Shown: piece after piece, positions 40,799 through 51,230 of the stretch
Numbering within the stretch: position 1 is the first letter of the stretch
Layout of the letters: each line of letters begins with the position of its first letter
Assembly (NCBI GenBank): GCA_040218735.1
Contig: JAVJQW010000057.1
Location: 352,001 to 416,000 of the forward strand
Direction: 5' to 3'
DNA length: 64,000 bases
DNA from: Deltaproteobacteria bacterium
GTDB taxonomy: Bacteria; Myxococcota; Kuafuiibacteriia; Kuafuiibacteriales; Kuafuiibacteriaceae
Notes under the pieces: model-generated
The model's database searches: none
Told to the model about the DNA's origin: nothing
What the model saw: only the letters and a program-made list of their open reading frames with translations
Made by a program: the position numbers and the translations under genes

Positions 40799-42748
40799 AT
40801 GTCGGACCACGAACCGGAGTTGTTCGGTGACTTTCCGCGCCGATACCTCGACGACTGGGAGCGCCTCGCCGAGCCCACCCTGAAGGGCAAGAAGCTGTCG
40901 ACCTTGGTCGACAAGGGGCCGGACGGCGTCACCGTCGAACCCCTCCAGACGCGCCAGTCCTGGCCCACCCACAAGGACCCCGCCGGCCTCCCCGGGTTCT
41001 TTCCGTACATCCGCGGCGGCACGGCCGACGGGACCCACCGCGGGTGGGACGTGCGGCAGTCCTACGCCGACCCGGACACGGACCGCCTCGTCGCCGCTCT
41101 GCGTCAGGACCTCGCCGCCGGCGTCACCAGCGTGGCGTTGGACCTTCCGTCCCTCGACGTCGCGACCGCGACGAAGATCCTGGACGCCGTCCCGGTCACG
41201 ACGAAGATCGTGCTCGAGCGGCTCGACGTCTTCGAGTCGGCGACCGTGCTGGTCGCGGCGAGTGAAGCAAACGACCGACCGCTCACCGCGAACCTCGGCC
41301 TCGACCCGCTGGCCGCGCTGCTCGCGAACGGCGCGCTCGTCGTCGACGTGGACAGCGCGTTCCACCTGATGACCGACGTCGCGCACCACGTGAAGGGGCG
41401 CACCGGCTGCGCCACCGTGCTCGTCCGCGGCGACGTCTACGACGACGGCGGCGCGACCGACGCGCAACAGCTCGCGTACGCGATGGGCACCGGGCTCACG
41501 TACCTCCGTGTGTTGCTCGCCGCCGGGTTCTCGCTCGAGGACGCCAACCGACAGATCACCTTCCGCTTCGCGGTGGGGCCCGACGTCTTGCGTTCGGTGT
41601 CGAAGCTGCGCGCGGCGCGGTGGATCTGGTCGCGCATCATGGGCGCGTGTGGCGCACGCGACGACGCGCGACGCACGACGATCGAAGCGGTGACATCGCG
41701 GCGCGCGATGTCGAAACACGACGTCTGGGTCAACACACTGCGCGCGACGACGGCCTCGTTCGCGGCCATCGTCGGCGGCGCCAACGCGGTGGTGGTGCGC
41801 AGCCACGTGGATCCGCTCGGGCTCCCCGACGACACCGCGCGACGCGTCGCGAAGAACGTGCAACTCATCCTGCGCGACGAAGCCCACGTGGGGCACGTCG
41901 TGGATCCCGCGGGCGGCGCGTGGGCGTTCGAAAAGCTCACCGAGTCCCTCGCGCGCGCGGCGTGGTCGCGACTGCAGGAGGTCGAGAGCAAGGGCGGTAT
42001 GGAGCGCGCCGTGGAGACCGGCTTCGTCACGCGCTGCGTGGAGGAGGCCTACCGCAACCGCGCCGACGCGATCGCCAAGCGCAACGTAATGGTGACGGGC
42101 GTGAGCGACTACCCGTGGCTCGACGAGCCGACGCCGTCGACGTGGCCATCCACCGAGGTGCCGGCGGCGCCGCGCGCGGTGGAGCTGCCGTTGCTCCGGG
42201 AGAAGGGGCGTACCGTCGCGACGGCGATCGTCGCGGCGCGCGATGGCGCGTCGACCGCGGACCTGTTCGCCGCGCTCGAGCGTCACGACACCCGCACGAA
42301 GACGACCGCGCTCGCGCCGCGACGTGACGCGGCGGCGTTCGAGGCGCTGCGGGAGAAGAGCGCAGCGCCGGTGTTGTTGCTGTCGTTCGGGACGACGGCG
42401 CAGCACACGCCGCGCACGACCTTCGCGAGGAACTTCTTCGCGGCGGGCGGGCTGGCGCCGGTCGACCACCACGTCGAGGACGAGGGCGCGGTCGCAGCGG
42501 CGGTCGAGGCGGCGGGCGCGAAGATCGCGGTGCTTTGCTCCTCGGACGACGTCTACGAAACGCACGCGGAGGACATCGCGCGGGCCGCGAAGCGCGCGGG
42601 CGTGGGCTTCGTGTACCTCGCGGGGCGCGCGGGGGTGAACGCGGACCGCCAGCGACGCGCGGGGATCGACGCGTACGTGCACCTCGGAGTGGACGCGGTG
42701 ACGATCCTGAACGGCGCGCACGAGCTCGCCAAGGGGGTGACGCCATGA
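40799..42748 (+). CDS. mutA: Methylmalonyl-CoA mutase small (non-catalytic) subunit
   Basis: [48 protein letters not shown] and C-terminal VLCSSDDVY; no DxHxxG motif. Confidence 0.9.
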   Translation: MSDHEPELFGDFPRRYLDDWERLAEPTLKGKKLSTLVDKGPDGVTVEPLQTRQSWPTHKDPAGLPGFFPYIRGGTADGTHRGWDVRQSYADPDTDRLVAALRQDLAAGVTSVALDLPSLDVATATKILDAVPVTTKIVLERLDVFESATVLVAASEANDRPLTANLGLDPLAALLANGALVVDVDSAFHLMTDVAHHVKGRTGCATVLVRGDVYDDGGATDAQQLAYAMGTGLTYLRVLLAAGFSLEDANRQITFRFAVGPDVLRSVSKLRAARWIWSRIMGACGARDDARRTTIEAVTSRRAMSKHDVWVNTLRATTASFAAIVGGANAVVVRSHVDPLGLPDDTARRVAKNVQLILRDEAHVGHVVDPAGGAWAFEKLTESLARAAWSRLQEVESKGGMERAVETGFVTRCVEEAYRNRADAIAKRNVMVTGVSDYPWLDEPTPSTWPSTEVPAAPRAVELPLLREKGRTVATAIVAARDGASTADLFAALERHDTRTKTTALAPRRDAAAFEALREKSAAPVLLLSFGTTAQHTPRTTFARNFFAAGGLAPVDHHVEDEGAVAAAVEAAGAKIAVLCSSDDVYETHAEDIARAAKRAGVGFVYLAGRAGVNADRQRRAGIDAYVHLGVDAVTILNGAHELAKGVTP

Positions 42749-44916
42749 TGCTTCCCGACTTCGCACAGCTCCCGTTCGACGAGGACGTCCCGAAGCGACG
42801 TGTCCCCGACTGGGAGAAGCGGTTCGCCGAGGCGACCAAGAACGCGAGCGGCGTGTGGAACACGCCGGAGGGGATCGACGTCCGCGCGCTCTACACGGCG
42901 GCGGATCTACCGACCGTCGATCAGCTCGAGACCATCCCGGGCGCGCCGCCGTTCCTGCGCGGGCCGTACGCGACAATGTACACCACGAAGCCGTGGACGG
43001 TGCGTCAGTACGCGGGGTTCTCGACGGCGCAGGCGAGCAACGCGTTCTACCGGAAGAACCTCGCCGCGGGTCAGAAGGGCCTGTCGGTGGCGTTCGATCT
43101 CGCGACGCACCGAGGCTACGACAGCGATCATTTGCGAGTGCGCGGCGACGTCGGGATGGCGGGTGTCGCGATCGACTCGATCCTCGACATGCGCATCCTG
43201 TTCGACGGCATCCCGCTCGATCGCACGAGTGTGTCGATGACGATGAACGGCGCGGTGCTCCCGGTGATGGCGCTCTACATCCTCGCGGCGGAGGAGCAAG
43301 GCGTCGCGCCCGCCGCGCTCGCGGGGACGATCCAGAACGACATCCTCAAGGAGTTCATGGTCCGGAACACGTACATCTATCCGCCCGGGCCCTCGATGCG
43401 GATCATCTCGGACATCTTCGCGTATACGGCGGCGAAGATGCCGCGGTTCAACAGCATCTCGATCAGCGGCTATCACATGCAGGAGGCCGGAGCGACGGCG
43501 GACCTGGAGCTCGCGTACACCCTCGCGGACGGCGTGGAGTATGCGCGGCGCGGGGTCGCGGCGGGGTTGTCGATCGACGCGTTTGCGCCGCGGCTGTCGT
43601 TCTTCTGGGCGATCGGGATGAACTTCTTCATGGAGGTCGCGAAGCTGCGCGCGGCGCGTGCGCTGTGGGCGAAGTTGATGAATCAGTTCAGCCCGAACAA
43701 CGACAAGTCGCTGTGCCTGCGCACGCACTGTCAGACGTCGGGGTGGAGCCTCACGGCGCAGGACGTCTACAACAACGTGGTGCGGACGTGTGTCGAGGCG
43801 ATGGCCGCGGCGCACGGGCACACGCAGTCGCTGCACACCAACGCGTTCGACGAGGCGCTCGCGCTGCCGACCGATACGTCGGCGCGGATCGCGCGCAACA
43901 CGCAACTCTTCTTGCAGAACGAAGCGGGCACGACGACGACGATAGATCCGTGGGGCGGCAGCTACTACGTCGAACGTCTCACGCATGACCTCGCGCAGCG
44001 CGCGTGGGCGCACATCCAGGAGGTCGAAGCGGAAGGCGGAATGGCGAAGGCGATCGAGGCCGGCATCCCGAAGATGCGGATCGAGGAGGCGGCGGCGCGG
44101 ACGCAGGCGCGGATCGACAGCGGCAAGCAGGTCGTGATCGGCGTGAACCGCTACCGCCCCGAGACCGAGGACGAGGTCGACGTGTTGAAGGTCGACAACC
44201 GGGCCGTGCTCGAGGAGCAGCTCGCGCGGCTCGCTCAGCTGAAGGCCGAGCGGGACGATGCCGCGCTCGCGACGAAGCTCGCAGCGCTCACGAAGTGTGC
44301 GGAGGGCGGCGAGGGGAATCTGCTGTCGTTGGCGGTGGATGCGGCGCGCGCGAAGGCGACCGTCGGCGAGATCAGCGACGCGCTTGAAAAAGCCTGGGGA
44401 CGACACCAGGCCGAAGTGCGTACGATCGCCGGGGTGTACGAGAGCGAGGCGCAGGCGTCGAAGGATCGGCTCGACGCGGTGAAGGCGAAGGTGCAGGCGT
44501 TCGAGTCGGCGCAGGGTCGTCGGCCGCGCGTGCTCGTCGCGAAGATGGGCCAGGACGGGCACGACCGCGGGCAGAAGGTCATCGCGACGGCGTTTGCGGA
44601 CCTCGGGTTCGACGTGGACATCGGCCCGCTCTTCTCGACGCCGGATGAGACGGCGCGACAGGCGGTGGAGAACGACGTGCACGTGGTCGGCGTGAGCTCG
44701 CTGGCGGCGGGGCACCTGACGTTGGTGCCGGAGCTGAAGAAGGCGCTCGTGGCGCTGTCGCGTGACGACATCCTGATCGTGGTGGGCGGCGTGATCCCGC
44801 CGGGGGATCACGCGGCGCTCATCGAGGCGGGCGCGACGGCGATCTTCCCGCCGGGCACGGTGATCGCGGACGCGGCGGACGAGCTGCTCGACGCGCTGTC
44901 GGCGGAGCGTGCGTGA
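42745..44916 (+). CDS. mutB: Methylmalonyl-CoA mutase large subunit
   Basis: [19 protein letters not shown] (Tyr specificity residue), [21 protein letters not shown] and [13 protein letters not shown] at 42745 overlaps the mutA stop. Confidence 0.97.
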   Translation: MMLPDFAQLPFDEDVPKRRVPDWEKRFAEATKNASGVWNTPEGIDVRALYTAADLPTVDQLETIPGAPPFLRGPYATMYTTKPWTVRQYAGFSTAQASNAFYRKNLAAGQKGLSVAFDLATHRGYDSDHLRVRGDVGMAGVAIDSILDMRILFDGIPLDRTSVSMTMNGAVLPVMALYILAAEEQGVAPAALAGTIQNDILKEFMVRNTYIYPPGPSMRIISDIFAYTAAKMPRFNSISISGYHMQEAGATADLELAYTLADGVEYARRGVAAGLSIDAFAPRLSFFWAIGMNFFMEVAKLRAARALWAKLMNQFSPNNDKSLCLRTHCQTSGWSLTAQDVYNNVVRTCVEAMAAAHGHTQSLHTNAFDEALALPTDTSARIARNTQLFLQNEAGTTTTIDPWGGSYYVERLTHDLAQRAWAHIQEVEAEGGMAKAIEAGIPKMRIEEAAARTQARIDSGKQVVIGVNRYRPETEDEVDVLKVDNRAVLEEQLARLAQLKAERDDAALATKLAALTKCAEGGEGNLLSLAVDAARAKATVGEISDALEKAWGRHQAEVRTIAGVYESEAQASKDRLDAVKAKVQAFESAQGRRPRVLVAKMGQDGHDRGQKVIATAFADLGFDVDIGPLFSTPDETARQAVENDVHVVGVSSLAAGHLTLVPELKKALVALSRDDILIVVGGVIPPGDHAALIEAGATAIFPPGTVIADAADELLDALSAERA

Positions 44917-45878
44917 GCGTCGACGCCCTCACGGCGGGGGTGTTGAAGGGCGATCGCACGTCGATCGGGCGGGCGATCACGCTCATCGAGAGCAAGAACG
45001 CGGCGCACCGTTCTGATGCGCATGTGCTGCTGACGAACCTCGCGCCACACGCGGGCGGCGCGCACCGCGTCGGCATCACGGGCGTTCCCGGGGCGGGCAA
45101 GAGCACGCTGATCGAAGCGCTGGGGCTGAAGCTGATCTCGGATGGCCACCGCGTGGCGGTGCTCGCGGTCGATCCCACGAGCACGCGCTCGGGCGGGAGC
45201 ATCCTCGCGGACAAGACGCGAATGTTGCGGCTGTCGAAACACGAGTCGGCGTTCGTACGGCCATCGCCTTCGTCGGGGACACTCGGTGGCGTCACCGCGA
45301 CGACGCGCGAGACGATGACGATCCTGGAGGCCGCCGGATACGACGTCGTGCTGGTAGAGACGGTGGGCGTGGGTCAGTCGGAGACGATGGTCGCGGACAT
45401 GGTCGACTTCTTCTTGCTGGTGCTGCTCGCGGGTGCGGGCGACGAGTTCCAGGCGATCAAAAAGGGGGTCGTGGAGCTCGCGGACATGATCGCGGTGAAC
45501 AAAGCCGACGGCGACAACGTCCGGCCGGCGCGCGCGGCGGCCTCGGCCTACCGGCACGCGCTGCACATCCTCACGCCGGCGAGCGCGATGTGGACGCCAC
45601 CGGTGACGACGGTCAGCGCGAAGACCGGTGACGGGCTCGGGGAGCTGTGGTCGCAGATCGAAGCGCATCGCGAGGCGATGACTGCGAGCGGCGAGCTGGA
45701 GGCGAAGCGTCGCACCCAGCGTCTGTCCTGGTTCCGGCAGCTCGTGGAGACGCAGGTGGTGGAGCGGTTCTGGGCTTCGTGCGCGGAGCGTTCGGCGGTC
45801 GAGGCGGAGGTGCTGAACGGGACCTCCAGCCCCTCGCGCGCGGCGGCGCGGCTGCTCGGTGGGGGTGATGATGCGTAG
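44913..45878 (+). CDS. meaB: Methylmalonyl-CoA mutase-associated GTPase MeaB
   Basis: [38 protein letters not shown] and NKAD. Confidence 0.96.
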   Translation: MSVDALTAGVLKGDRTSIGRAITLIESKNAAHRSDAHVLLTNLAPHAGGAHRVGITGVPGAGKSTLIEALGLKLISDGHRVAVLAVDPTSTRSGGSILADKTRMLRLSKHESAFVRPSPSSGTLGGVTATTRETMTILEAAGYDVVLVETVGVGQSETMVADMVDFFLLVLLAGAGDEFQAIKKGVVELADMIAVNKADGDNVRPARAAASAYRHALHILTPASAMWTPPVTTVSAKTGDGLGELWSQIEAHREAMTASGELEAKRRTQRLSWFRQLVETQVVERFWASCAERSAVEAEVLNGTSSPSRAAARLLGGGDDA

Positions 45879-47328
45879 GGGCGTCGTGCTGCTGTTTGCG
45901 TGGGCGAGCGCGTGTTCGTTCGACCCGGCGCTCCCGACGGACCGCGACGCGGGCGCATCGCGGGACGCGGGCGTGCGCGACGCCGGGGACGTCGAAGGGC
46001 GCGACGCCGGCTTCCCGGACGGCGGCCGCGACGGCGGAGCTCGAGACGCTGGACCTTACGACGCTGGACCGCGCGACGGCGGTGAAGCCGACGCGGGGCG
46101 CGACGGCGGCGTGGTCGACGGTGGCGAGATCGACGGCGGCGATCGCGACGGTGGTCCGATCGACGGCGGCGAGATCGACGGGGGCTTCCGCGACGGCGGG
46201 TTCCGCGATGGCGGGCCACCTCGGGATGGTGGGCCACCGCGCGACGGTGGACCGCCTCGGGACGGTGGGCCTCCCCGCGACGGCGGCACGACGGCGACTT
46301 CGATTCAGTGGCTGTCGCCGACGCCCGACATCGTGGCGGGGGCGTGCAGCCCGACGTTGGTGGTGCAGCGGCTGAACGGTATGGGGCAGCCGGCGAACGA
46401 CCCGGTCGACCTCACGTTGCTGCTGTCGAACACCGGCGTGCCGATCTCGTACAGCAACCCAGGTTGCGGCGGCGGAACGCTCTCCGCGGTGAACATCCCC
46501 GCCGGCTCGAGCACCGCCTCCTTCGCGGTGCGCGGGACGGTCGCGGGCTCGACGGCGCTCGTCGTCCAGACGGCGGGCTTCGGGGCGCTGGTCGCGACGA
46601 TCCTGATCGAGCCGGGGCCTCCGTCGCAGCTCGTGTACCAGACGGCCGGACAGACCGTGCCGTGGGGGACGTGCTCCGGCGCCGTATCGGTCGAGCGGCG
46701 CGACCAGTACGGCAACACGACGGCGCCGAACAACGCGACGACGCTCGAGATGGGCGCCGCGCCCGCAGGCGGACTCGACACGTTCAGCGACGCGACGTGC
46801 ACGACGACCGCGACGTCCGTCGACATCGCCCCGCTCGCCGCGTCGGCGTCGTATTACTTCCGCCCCACGGCCTTCGAGAGCGTGGTCCTCGAAACCGCCT
46901 CCACGGGACTCGGCACCATCGCTCAGACCCACACCGTCGGCGACTGCCCCGACACCTGCGGCATGACCTGCTCCGAGTGCTGCCGCTTCACCTGCCCCGG
47001 CGGCGCCGCCTGCGGCCCCGTCTGCGGCGCCGGCACGTGCCCGTGTGAGCTCGACTGCGCCGCCGCCACCAGCTGCGCCGCTTCCTGCGCGAACAACGAC
47101 TGCGGCGTCCAGTGCGCCCCCGGCGGCCCGTGCGTCGCCGACTGCCTCGTCGGCGCGAGCTGCGACGTAGACTGCAGGCTCGCGTCGAGCTGCAACGTAA
47201 CTTGCGCGACCGGCTCGACGTGCCGGGTGTTCTGTAGCGGACCGAACTGCACGGTGGCGTGTGATGCGCCGGTGGCTTGCCCGGGGGGCGTGGTGGCGTG
47301 CGGGGCGCCGTGCCCGCCGAACCCGTAG
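45868..47328 (+). CDS. Lipoprotein with DAG/RDGG repeat stalk, Ig-like middle and Cys-rich C-terminus
   Basis: Lipobox ASAC, about 20 D[AG]G triplets including RDGGPP x4, a Thr-rich beta region, and a C-terminal ~125 aa with CxxxC repeats. Confidence 0.8.
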   Translation: MMRRGVVLLFAWASACSFDPALPTDRDAGASRDAGVRDAGDVEGRDAGFPDGGRDGGARDAGPYDAGPRDGGEADAGRDGGVVDGGEIDGGDRDGGPIDGGEIDGGFRDGGFRDGGPPRDGGPPRDGGPPRDGGPPRDGGTTATSIQWLSPTPDIVAGACSPTLVVQRLNGMGQPANDPVDLTLLLSNTGVPISYSNPGCGGGTLSAVNIPAGSSTASFAVRGTVAGSTALVVQTAGFGALVATILIEPGPPSQLVYQTAGQTVPWGTCSGAVSVERRDQYGNTTAPNNATTLEMGAAPAGGLDTFSDATCTTTATSVDIAPLAASASYYFRPTAFESVVLETASTGLGTIAQTHTVGDCPDTCGMTCSECCRFTCPGGAACGPVCGAGTCPCELDCAAATSCAASCANNDCGVQCAPGGPCVADCLVGASCDVDCRLASSCNVTCATGSTCRVFCSGPNCTVACDAPVACPGGVVACGAPCPPNP

Positions 47329-47340
47329 GGGGGCGCCATA

Positions 47341-47463
47341 GACTCGGACTCGGACTCGGACTCGGACTCGGACTCGGACTCGGATTCGGATTCGGATTCG
47401 GATTCGGATTCGGATTCGGACTCGGACTCGGACTCGGACTCGGACTCGGACTCGGACTCGGAC
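47341..47463. repeat. Hexanucleotide microsatellite (GACTCG)7(GATTCG)6(GACTCG)7
   Basis: Counted directly: 20 perfect units filling most of the gap between convergent genes. Confidence 0.97.
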
Positions 47464-47479
47464 GCCGAACCCTCCGCGC

Positions 47480-48907
47480 CTACAGCTTCAGGCGCACGAT
47501 GACCCCGATGTTCCAGTCATCCACCGGCTGATACGGGTCCTGCTGGTCCGCCACCGCCTGGTACGTCCGCCACCACCTGATCCGAAACCCCACGTAGTAG
47601 ATCGGCACGTGGAGCTCGGCGACGAGGGCGGTGCGTTCGTCGAGGGCGAAGAGGTCGCCGGCGCCGTTGAGGTTCACGCGGAAGTAGAAGGCCCTCAGCT
47701 GGGCGAAGTCGAAGTACGGGACCTCGACGTACAGACGGAACGAGCCGTCGTCGAGGCCGCTGCTATATTCGATGTATTCACTCCCCACGAGCAGGACGTC
47801 CTTGAGGCCGCCCTGCAGCTCGAAGAAGTAGCTGTTGCGCCAGGGGCGAGTGTTGTTCGAGCAGTCGCCGGCGCAGACCGACGAGAGCTTCGTGCCCTCG
47901 AAGTCGGGGCGGAGCCGCTGGTAGCGCTCGATCTCGTAGACCGTGTTGAAGTACGGCGCGAGGTAGTCACCCGAGACCCGCCGGTACTCGGTACGCAACG
48001 CGATCTGCACCGCGTGTTCGCCGGTGGGGATCTCGGTTTCCCAGAGCACGCCCAAGTGCACGCCCCACCCTTCGTCGACCGCGGTGATCATGTTGATGTC
48101 GGTGTAGGGCGTGATCGAGAGGTAGTCGCTCTTGAAGACGTTCATGCCGACGTCGATCCCCAGGATCGCGAGCGCTTCGCGTCCGGCGACCAGCGGGAGG
48201 TTCGAGTCCGGGTCGATCTTCACGACGCCGTTCGTCTCGCGCTGAAGCGTGAGCGGCGCGCGCCAGTCCGCCGCGAGCGTGGTGCCGAATTCGAGCCGGT
48301 CGAGGTAGTCGCGGAACAGCCGGAAGCGGAACGGCCGCACCCAACCCCGCACGCCCCAAAGGTACGGCGCGAGGACATCGCCGAGGATCAGCTCGCCGCC
48401 CAGCTCGTCCGCTCGCCCGAGTGTGTTGATGCCGACGCGCCAGCGGTTGATGTCCATGCCGTTGTAATAGCGGTGCATCACCGACCCGTGGCCCAGCGAG
48501 CGTTTCTCGAGGAGCCCACCGCGCAGGAAGAACGGGCCGAGCCGATCGGCGCGCCCGACGTACGCGTAGTTGAAGAGGCGCAGGGCGTCCGTCCAGTCGT
48601 TCCAGTCCTCCTTGCGGAAGATGCCGCCGGCCGTCTCGGTCTTCTCGTTCTTCTTCTCGAGTAGGATGCGAATCGGGAGCTGCAGCCCGATGCCCCAGTA
48701 GTCCTGGTTGTAGTTGAGGCGGAAGACCGTCGTGAGGAAGAAGTCGCGGTTGATGCGCCCGAACGACGCGTGCGCTTCGAGCATCGAGCGCGGACGATCC
48801 GGCCGCGACGCCTTGGCGCGGTCCACGGCGTAGTCGCCCGTCAGCTGCCCCGCCGCGGGCGCGGCGTACAGCACCGAGGCCAAGACCAGCGCCACACCAC
48901 CGCGCAT
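47480..48907 (-). CDS. Putative outer-membrane beta-barrel protein
   Basis: Signal peptide (APAAG), aromatic-rich amphipathic strands and C-terminal WNIGVIVRLKL. Confidence 0.7.
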   Translation of the reverse strand: MRGGVALVLASVLYAAPAAGQLTGDYAVDRAKASRPDRPRSMLEAHASFGRINRDFFLTTVFRLNYNQDYWGIGLQLPIRILLEKKNEKTETAGGIFRKEDWNDWTDALRLFNYAYVGRADRLGPFFLRGGLLEKRSLGHGSVMHRYYNGMDINRWRVGINTLGRADELGGELILGDVLAPYLWGVRGWVRPFRFRLFRDYLDRLEFGTTLAADWRAPLTLQRETNGVVKIDPDSNLPLVAGREALAILGIDVGMNVFKSDYLSITPYTDINMITAVDEGWGVHLGVLWETEIPTGEHAVQIALRTEYRRVSGDYLAPYFNTVYEIERYQRLRPDFEGTKLSSVCAGDCSNNTRPWRNSYFFELQGGLKDVLLVGSEYIEYSSGLDDGSFRLYVEVPYFDFAQLRAFYFRVNLNGAGDLFALDERTALVAELHVPIYYVGFRIRWWRTYQAVADQQDPYQPVDDWNIGVIVRLKL

Positions 48908-48968
48908 CCTCCCTGCAGCTTAGCGACCTTTCGTTCGTCGCGCCAAAGCGCTACGACCCGGGATCGAA

Positions 48969-49874
48969 ATGCGCGCCGTCCTCTACGATCGCTTCGGCGA
49001 CCCTCGAGTGCTCAGAATCGGGGAGACCGCGGAACCAAGCGGCGCCTGCGTCGTCGATGTGACCGCGGCCGCACTCAACCCGAAGGACGTCCTCATGCGG
49101 AAGGGCAAGTTCTCGACGTTCGTCCGCGCGCCGTTCCCCCGGCTCTGCGGCTACGACTTCGCCGGCCAACTCGACGGGCGCGAAGTCTTCGGGATGATCA
49201 ACGGGATGCTCGGCCGCACCTGCGCCGAGCGCGTCGCCGTCGACGCCGACGAGCTCGCCGACCGACCGAGCGCCCTGACCCCCGAACAAGCCGCTTCGAT
49301 CCCCCTCGCCGGGCAGACCGCGCTCCAAGCGCTCCGTGACGACGGCGGCCTGAAGCGAGGACAGCACGCGGTGATCAACGGCGCGTCCGGCGGCGTGGGC
49401 ACGCTCGCAATCCAGATTGCAAAGGCCCTCGGCGCCCGCGTCACGTCGATCACCTCCGCGAAGAACCGCGAGCTGTGCACCGAGCTCGGCGCCGACGAAG
49501 CCCTCGCCTACGACGAAACGGATCCGCTCGCGAACCTCCGCGACGTCGACGTCTTCTTCGACGTCTTCGGCAACCGCAGCCTCGCCGACGTCCGCCCCGG
49601 CCTCGCCCGACGCGCGACCCTCGTCTCCACCGTTCCGAACCCGCGCGTCATGCTCGAAGTCGCGCGCACGGTGCTCTCCCAGCAACGCACGAAGCTCGTC
49701 GTCGTGAAGTCCCGCCGCCGCGACCTCGAGCTCCTCGCCGGGTGGGCCGACGACGGCGCGCTGAAGGCCGTCGTGGATCGAACCTACGCGATGGAGGAGA
49801 TCGCCGAAGCGCACCGGCACATCGAATCGAAACGCACACGCGGCAAGGTGGTCGTTCGTATCCGCGCCGAGTGA
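48969..49874 (+). CDS. NAD(P)-dependent quinone oxidoreductase-like MDR-family dehydrogenase
   Basis: AAALNPKD, GYDFAG, AASIPLAGQTALQAL, INGASGGVGTLAIQIAK and RTRGKVVV. Confidence 0.92.
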   Translation: MRAVLYDRFGDPRVLRIGETAEPSGACVVDVTAAALNPKDVLMRKGKFSTFVRAPFPRLCGYDFAGQLDGREVFGMINGMLGRTCAERVAVDADELADRPSALTPEQAASIPLAGQTALQALRDDGGLKRGQHAVINGASGGVGTLAIQIAKALGARVTSITSAKNRELCTELGADEALAYDETDPLANLRDVDVFFDVFGNRSLADVRPGLARRATLVSTVPNPRVMLEVARTVLSQQRTKLVVVKSRRRDLELLAGWADDGALKAVVDRTYAMEEIAEAHRHIESKRTRGKVVVRIRAE

Positions 49875-49877
49875 AGG

Positions 49878-51230
49878 CTACGCGCCCGTGGCGGAGCGCA
49901 TCTGGTCGTGCCACTTCGCCGCGCCGGAGCTCACGCTCGACAGCTGCGACTCGATCCGCGCCACCTCTTCCGGCGCGAGCTTCACCGTACGCACCGGTTC
50001 GGACTTGATGTCGAACAACGACTGGTCCGACAGCAGCGGGATGCTGAAGTTGTAGCCGAGGCTGAACGTCGAGTGCCAACCCTTCGGCCCACCGCCGCCG
50101 CTCTTGTACGTCCCGAGGTGCGCGCAGACCGCGCCGACCTCGGCGCCCGTGCGACGCACGCTCTTCTTCTCCGCGTCGACGTCGCCGTACGCGTTGCGCG
50201 TGAAGGCACGCGCGGTCCCGCCGATGCCGAGACGCAGGCCCACGCCCGAAAGCTCGTTGATCTGCAGCTCACCCTTGTCGCGCAGGTACACGATCTCGTG
50301 CCCGGAGGAACCGGTCACCACCGCCGCCCCCTCCTTCAACATCCCGACCGCGATTGCGTCGGACTTGGCGTCGAACGTCTCCTTCACGGCGGGAATCGCA
50401 GCGGAGAACCGCGCCGCGACCTCCCGATCGTTGTCGATGTCGGCGATGCCGTCGATCGCATCGACGACCGTCTGCGCACCCTTCGCCGCCTCCTCGAGGC
50501 GCACGAGCACCCCCTCCGGCAGCGCCGAACGGACCACATCCTTCACGCGCGCGGCCGCGTCCAACACCCAAGCGCCGACCGCGCTGTCGCCCGTCGCCGC
50601 GTTCTTGAGGCGCCCGAGCAGGTCCAGCCCGGTGGTCCACATCTTCTTCGATCCCGCGACCGCCGCGTCCCGGAGGACGTCGACGCCGCGGTCCGTCTGC
50701 TGCTGCACGTAGTGGTCGCCGATGCGCTGCTCGATCGCGGCGAAGGTCTTCGCGAGCTTCGGATCGATCTGCGGCGGGCGCCCCTGGTGCGACAGCTGCG
50801 ATCGCAAACGACGGTTGTACTGCGGGATGAGGTTCGCGCCGGCGTCGGCGACCGACTTGAGATCCAACAGCTGCGACAGCTCACCCTCGCGGCCATCGGT
50901 CGCGAGCATCCGCACCGCGAGCTCGTCGACCAGCTTCTGCACCTCTTCGATCGTCGAGCCCTGCAGATACTGGCTCGCGTCCTCGACCTCACCGCTCGCG
51001 ATGCGCTCCGCGAGCCCCGGGATGCCTCCGCGCGCGCGCGCTTCCCAAAGGCGCGCGCCGATGTCGAGCGGCGAGCCCCCCGCCTGCTGCGCGTACGCGG
51101 CGGCCTTGCTGAAGATGTCGTCGCCGGCTTTGACCAGGTCTTCCTGGCGCGCCGGGTCCACGCCGTGCGGTCCTTCGGACTGCGTCGCCCGCTGCAGACG
51201 ACCAAGCCAGTTGGAGTCAGGAATCTTCAT
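49878..51230 (-). CDS. Hypothetical protein, candidate secreted substrate of the adjacent chaperone
   Basis: ATG at 51230 overlaps the end of the TPR gene. No Sec signal; helical N-terminal two-thirds and Gly-rich beta C-terminus. Confidence 0.7.
   Translation of the reverse strand: MKIPDSNWLGRLQRATQSEGPHGVDPARQEDLVKAGDDIFSKAAAYAQQAGGSPLDIGARLWEARARGGIPGLAERIASGEVEDASQYLQGSTIEEVQKLVDELAVRMLATDGREGELSQLLDLKSVADAGANLIPQYNRRLRSQLSHQGRPPQIDPKLAKTFAAIEQRIGDHYVQQQTDRGVDVLRDAAVAGSKKMWTTGLDLLGRLKNAATGDSAVGAWVLDAAARVKDVVRSALPEGVLVRLEEAAKGAQTVVDAIDGIADIDNDREVAARFSAAIPAVKETFDAKSDAIAVGMLKEGAAVVTGSSGHEIVYLRDKGELQINELSGVGLRLGIGGTARAFTRNAYGDVDAEKKSVRRTGAEVGAVCAHLGTYKSGGGGPKGWHSTFSLGYNFSIPLLSDQSLFDIKSEPVRTVKLAPEEVARIESQLSSVSSGAAKWHDQMRSATGA

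Noticed and set aside
37929-40883. 984-aa plus-strand ORF, and similar long ORFs such as 6222-8612(-), 16727-19438(-), 54068-57010(-) and 14511-16748(-)
   Set aside because: Antisense shadows of well-supported genes; stop codons are scarce in high-GC DNA, and the translations are Arg/Val/Ala-rich without motifs.
40799-42748. mutA as a degenerate pseudogene
   Set aside because: Loss of the B12-binding His motif is normal for the small subunit of heterodimeric mutases, and the frame is intact and coupled to mutB.
47277-47531. Gly-Leu/Gly-Phe repeat protein
   Set aside because: Simply a translation of the hexamer microsatellite; it overlaps two real genes.
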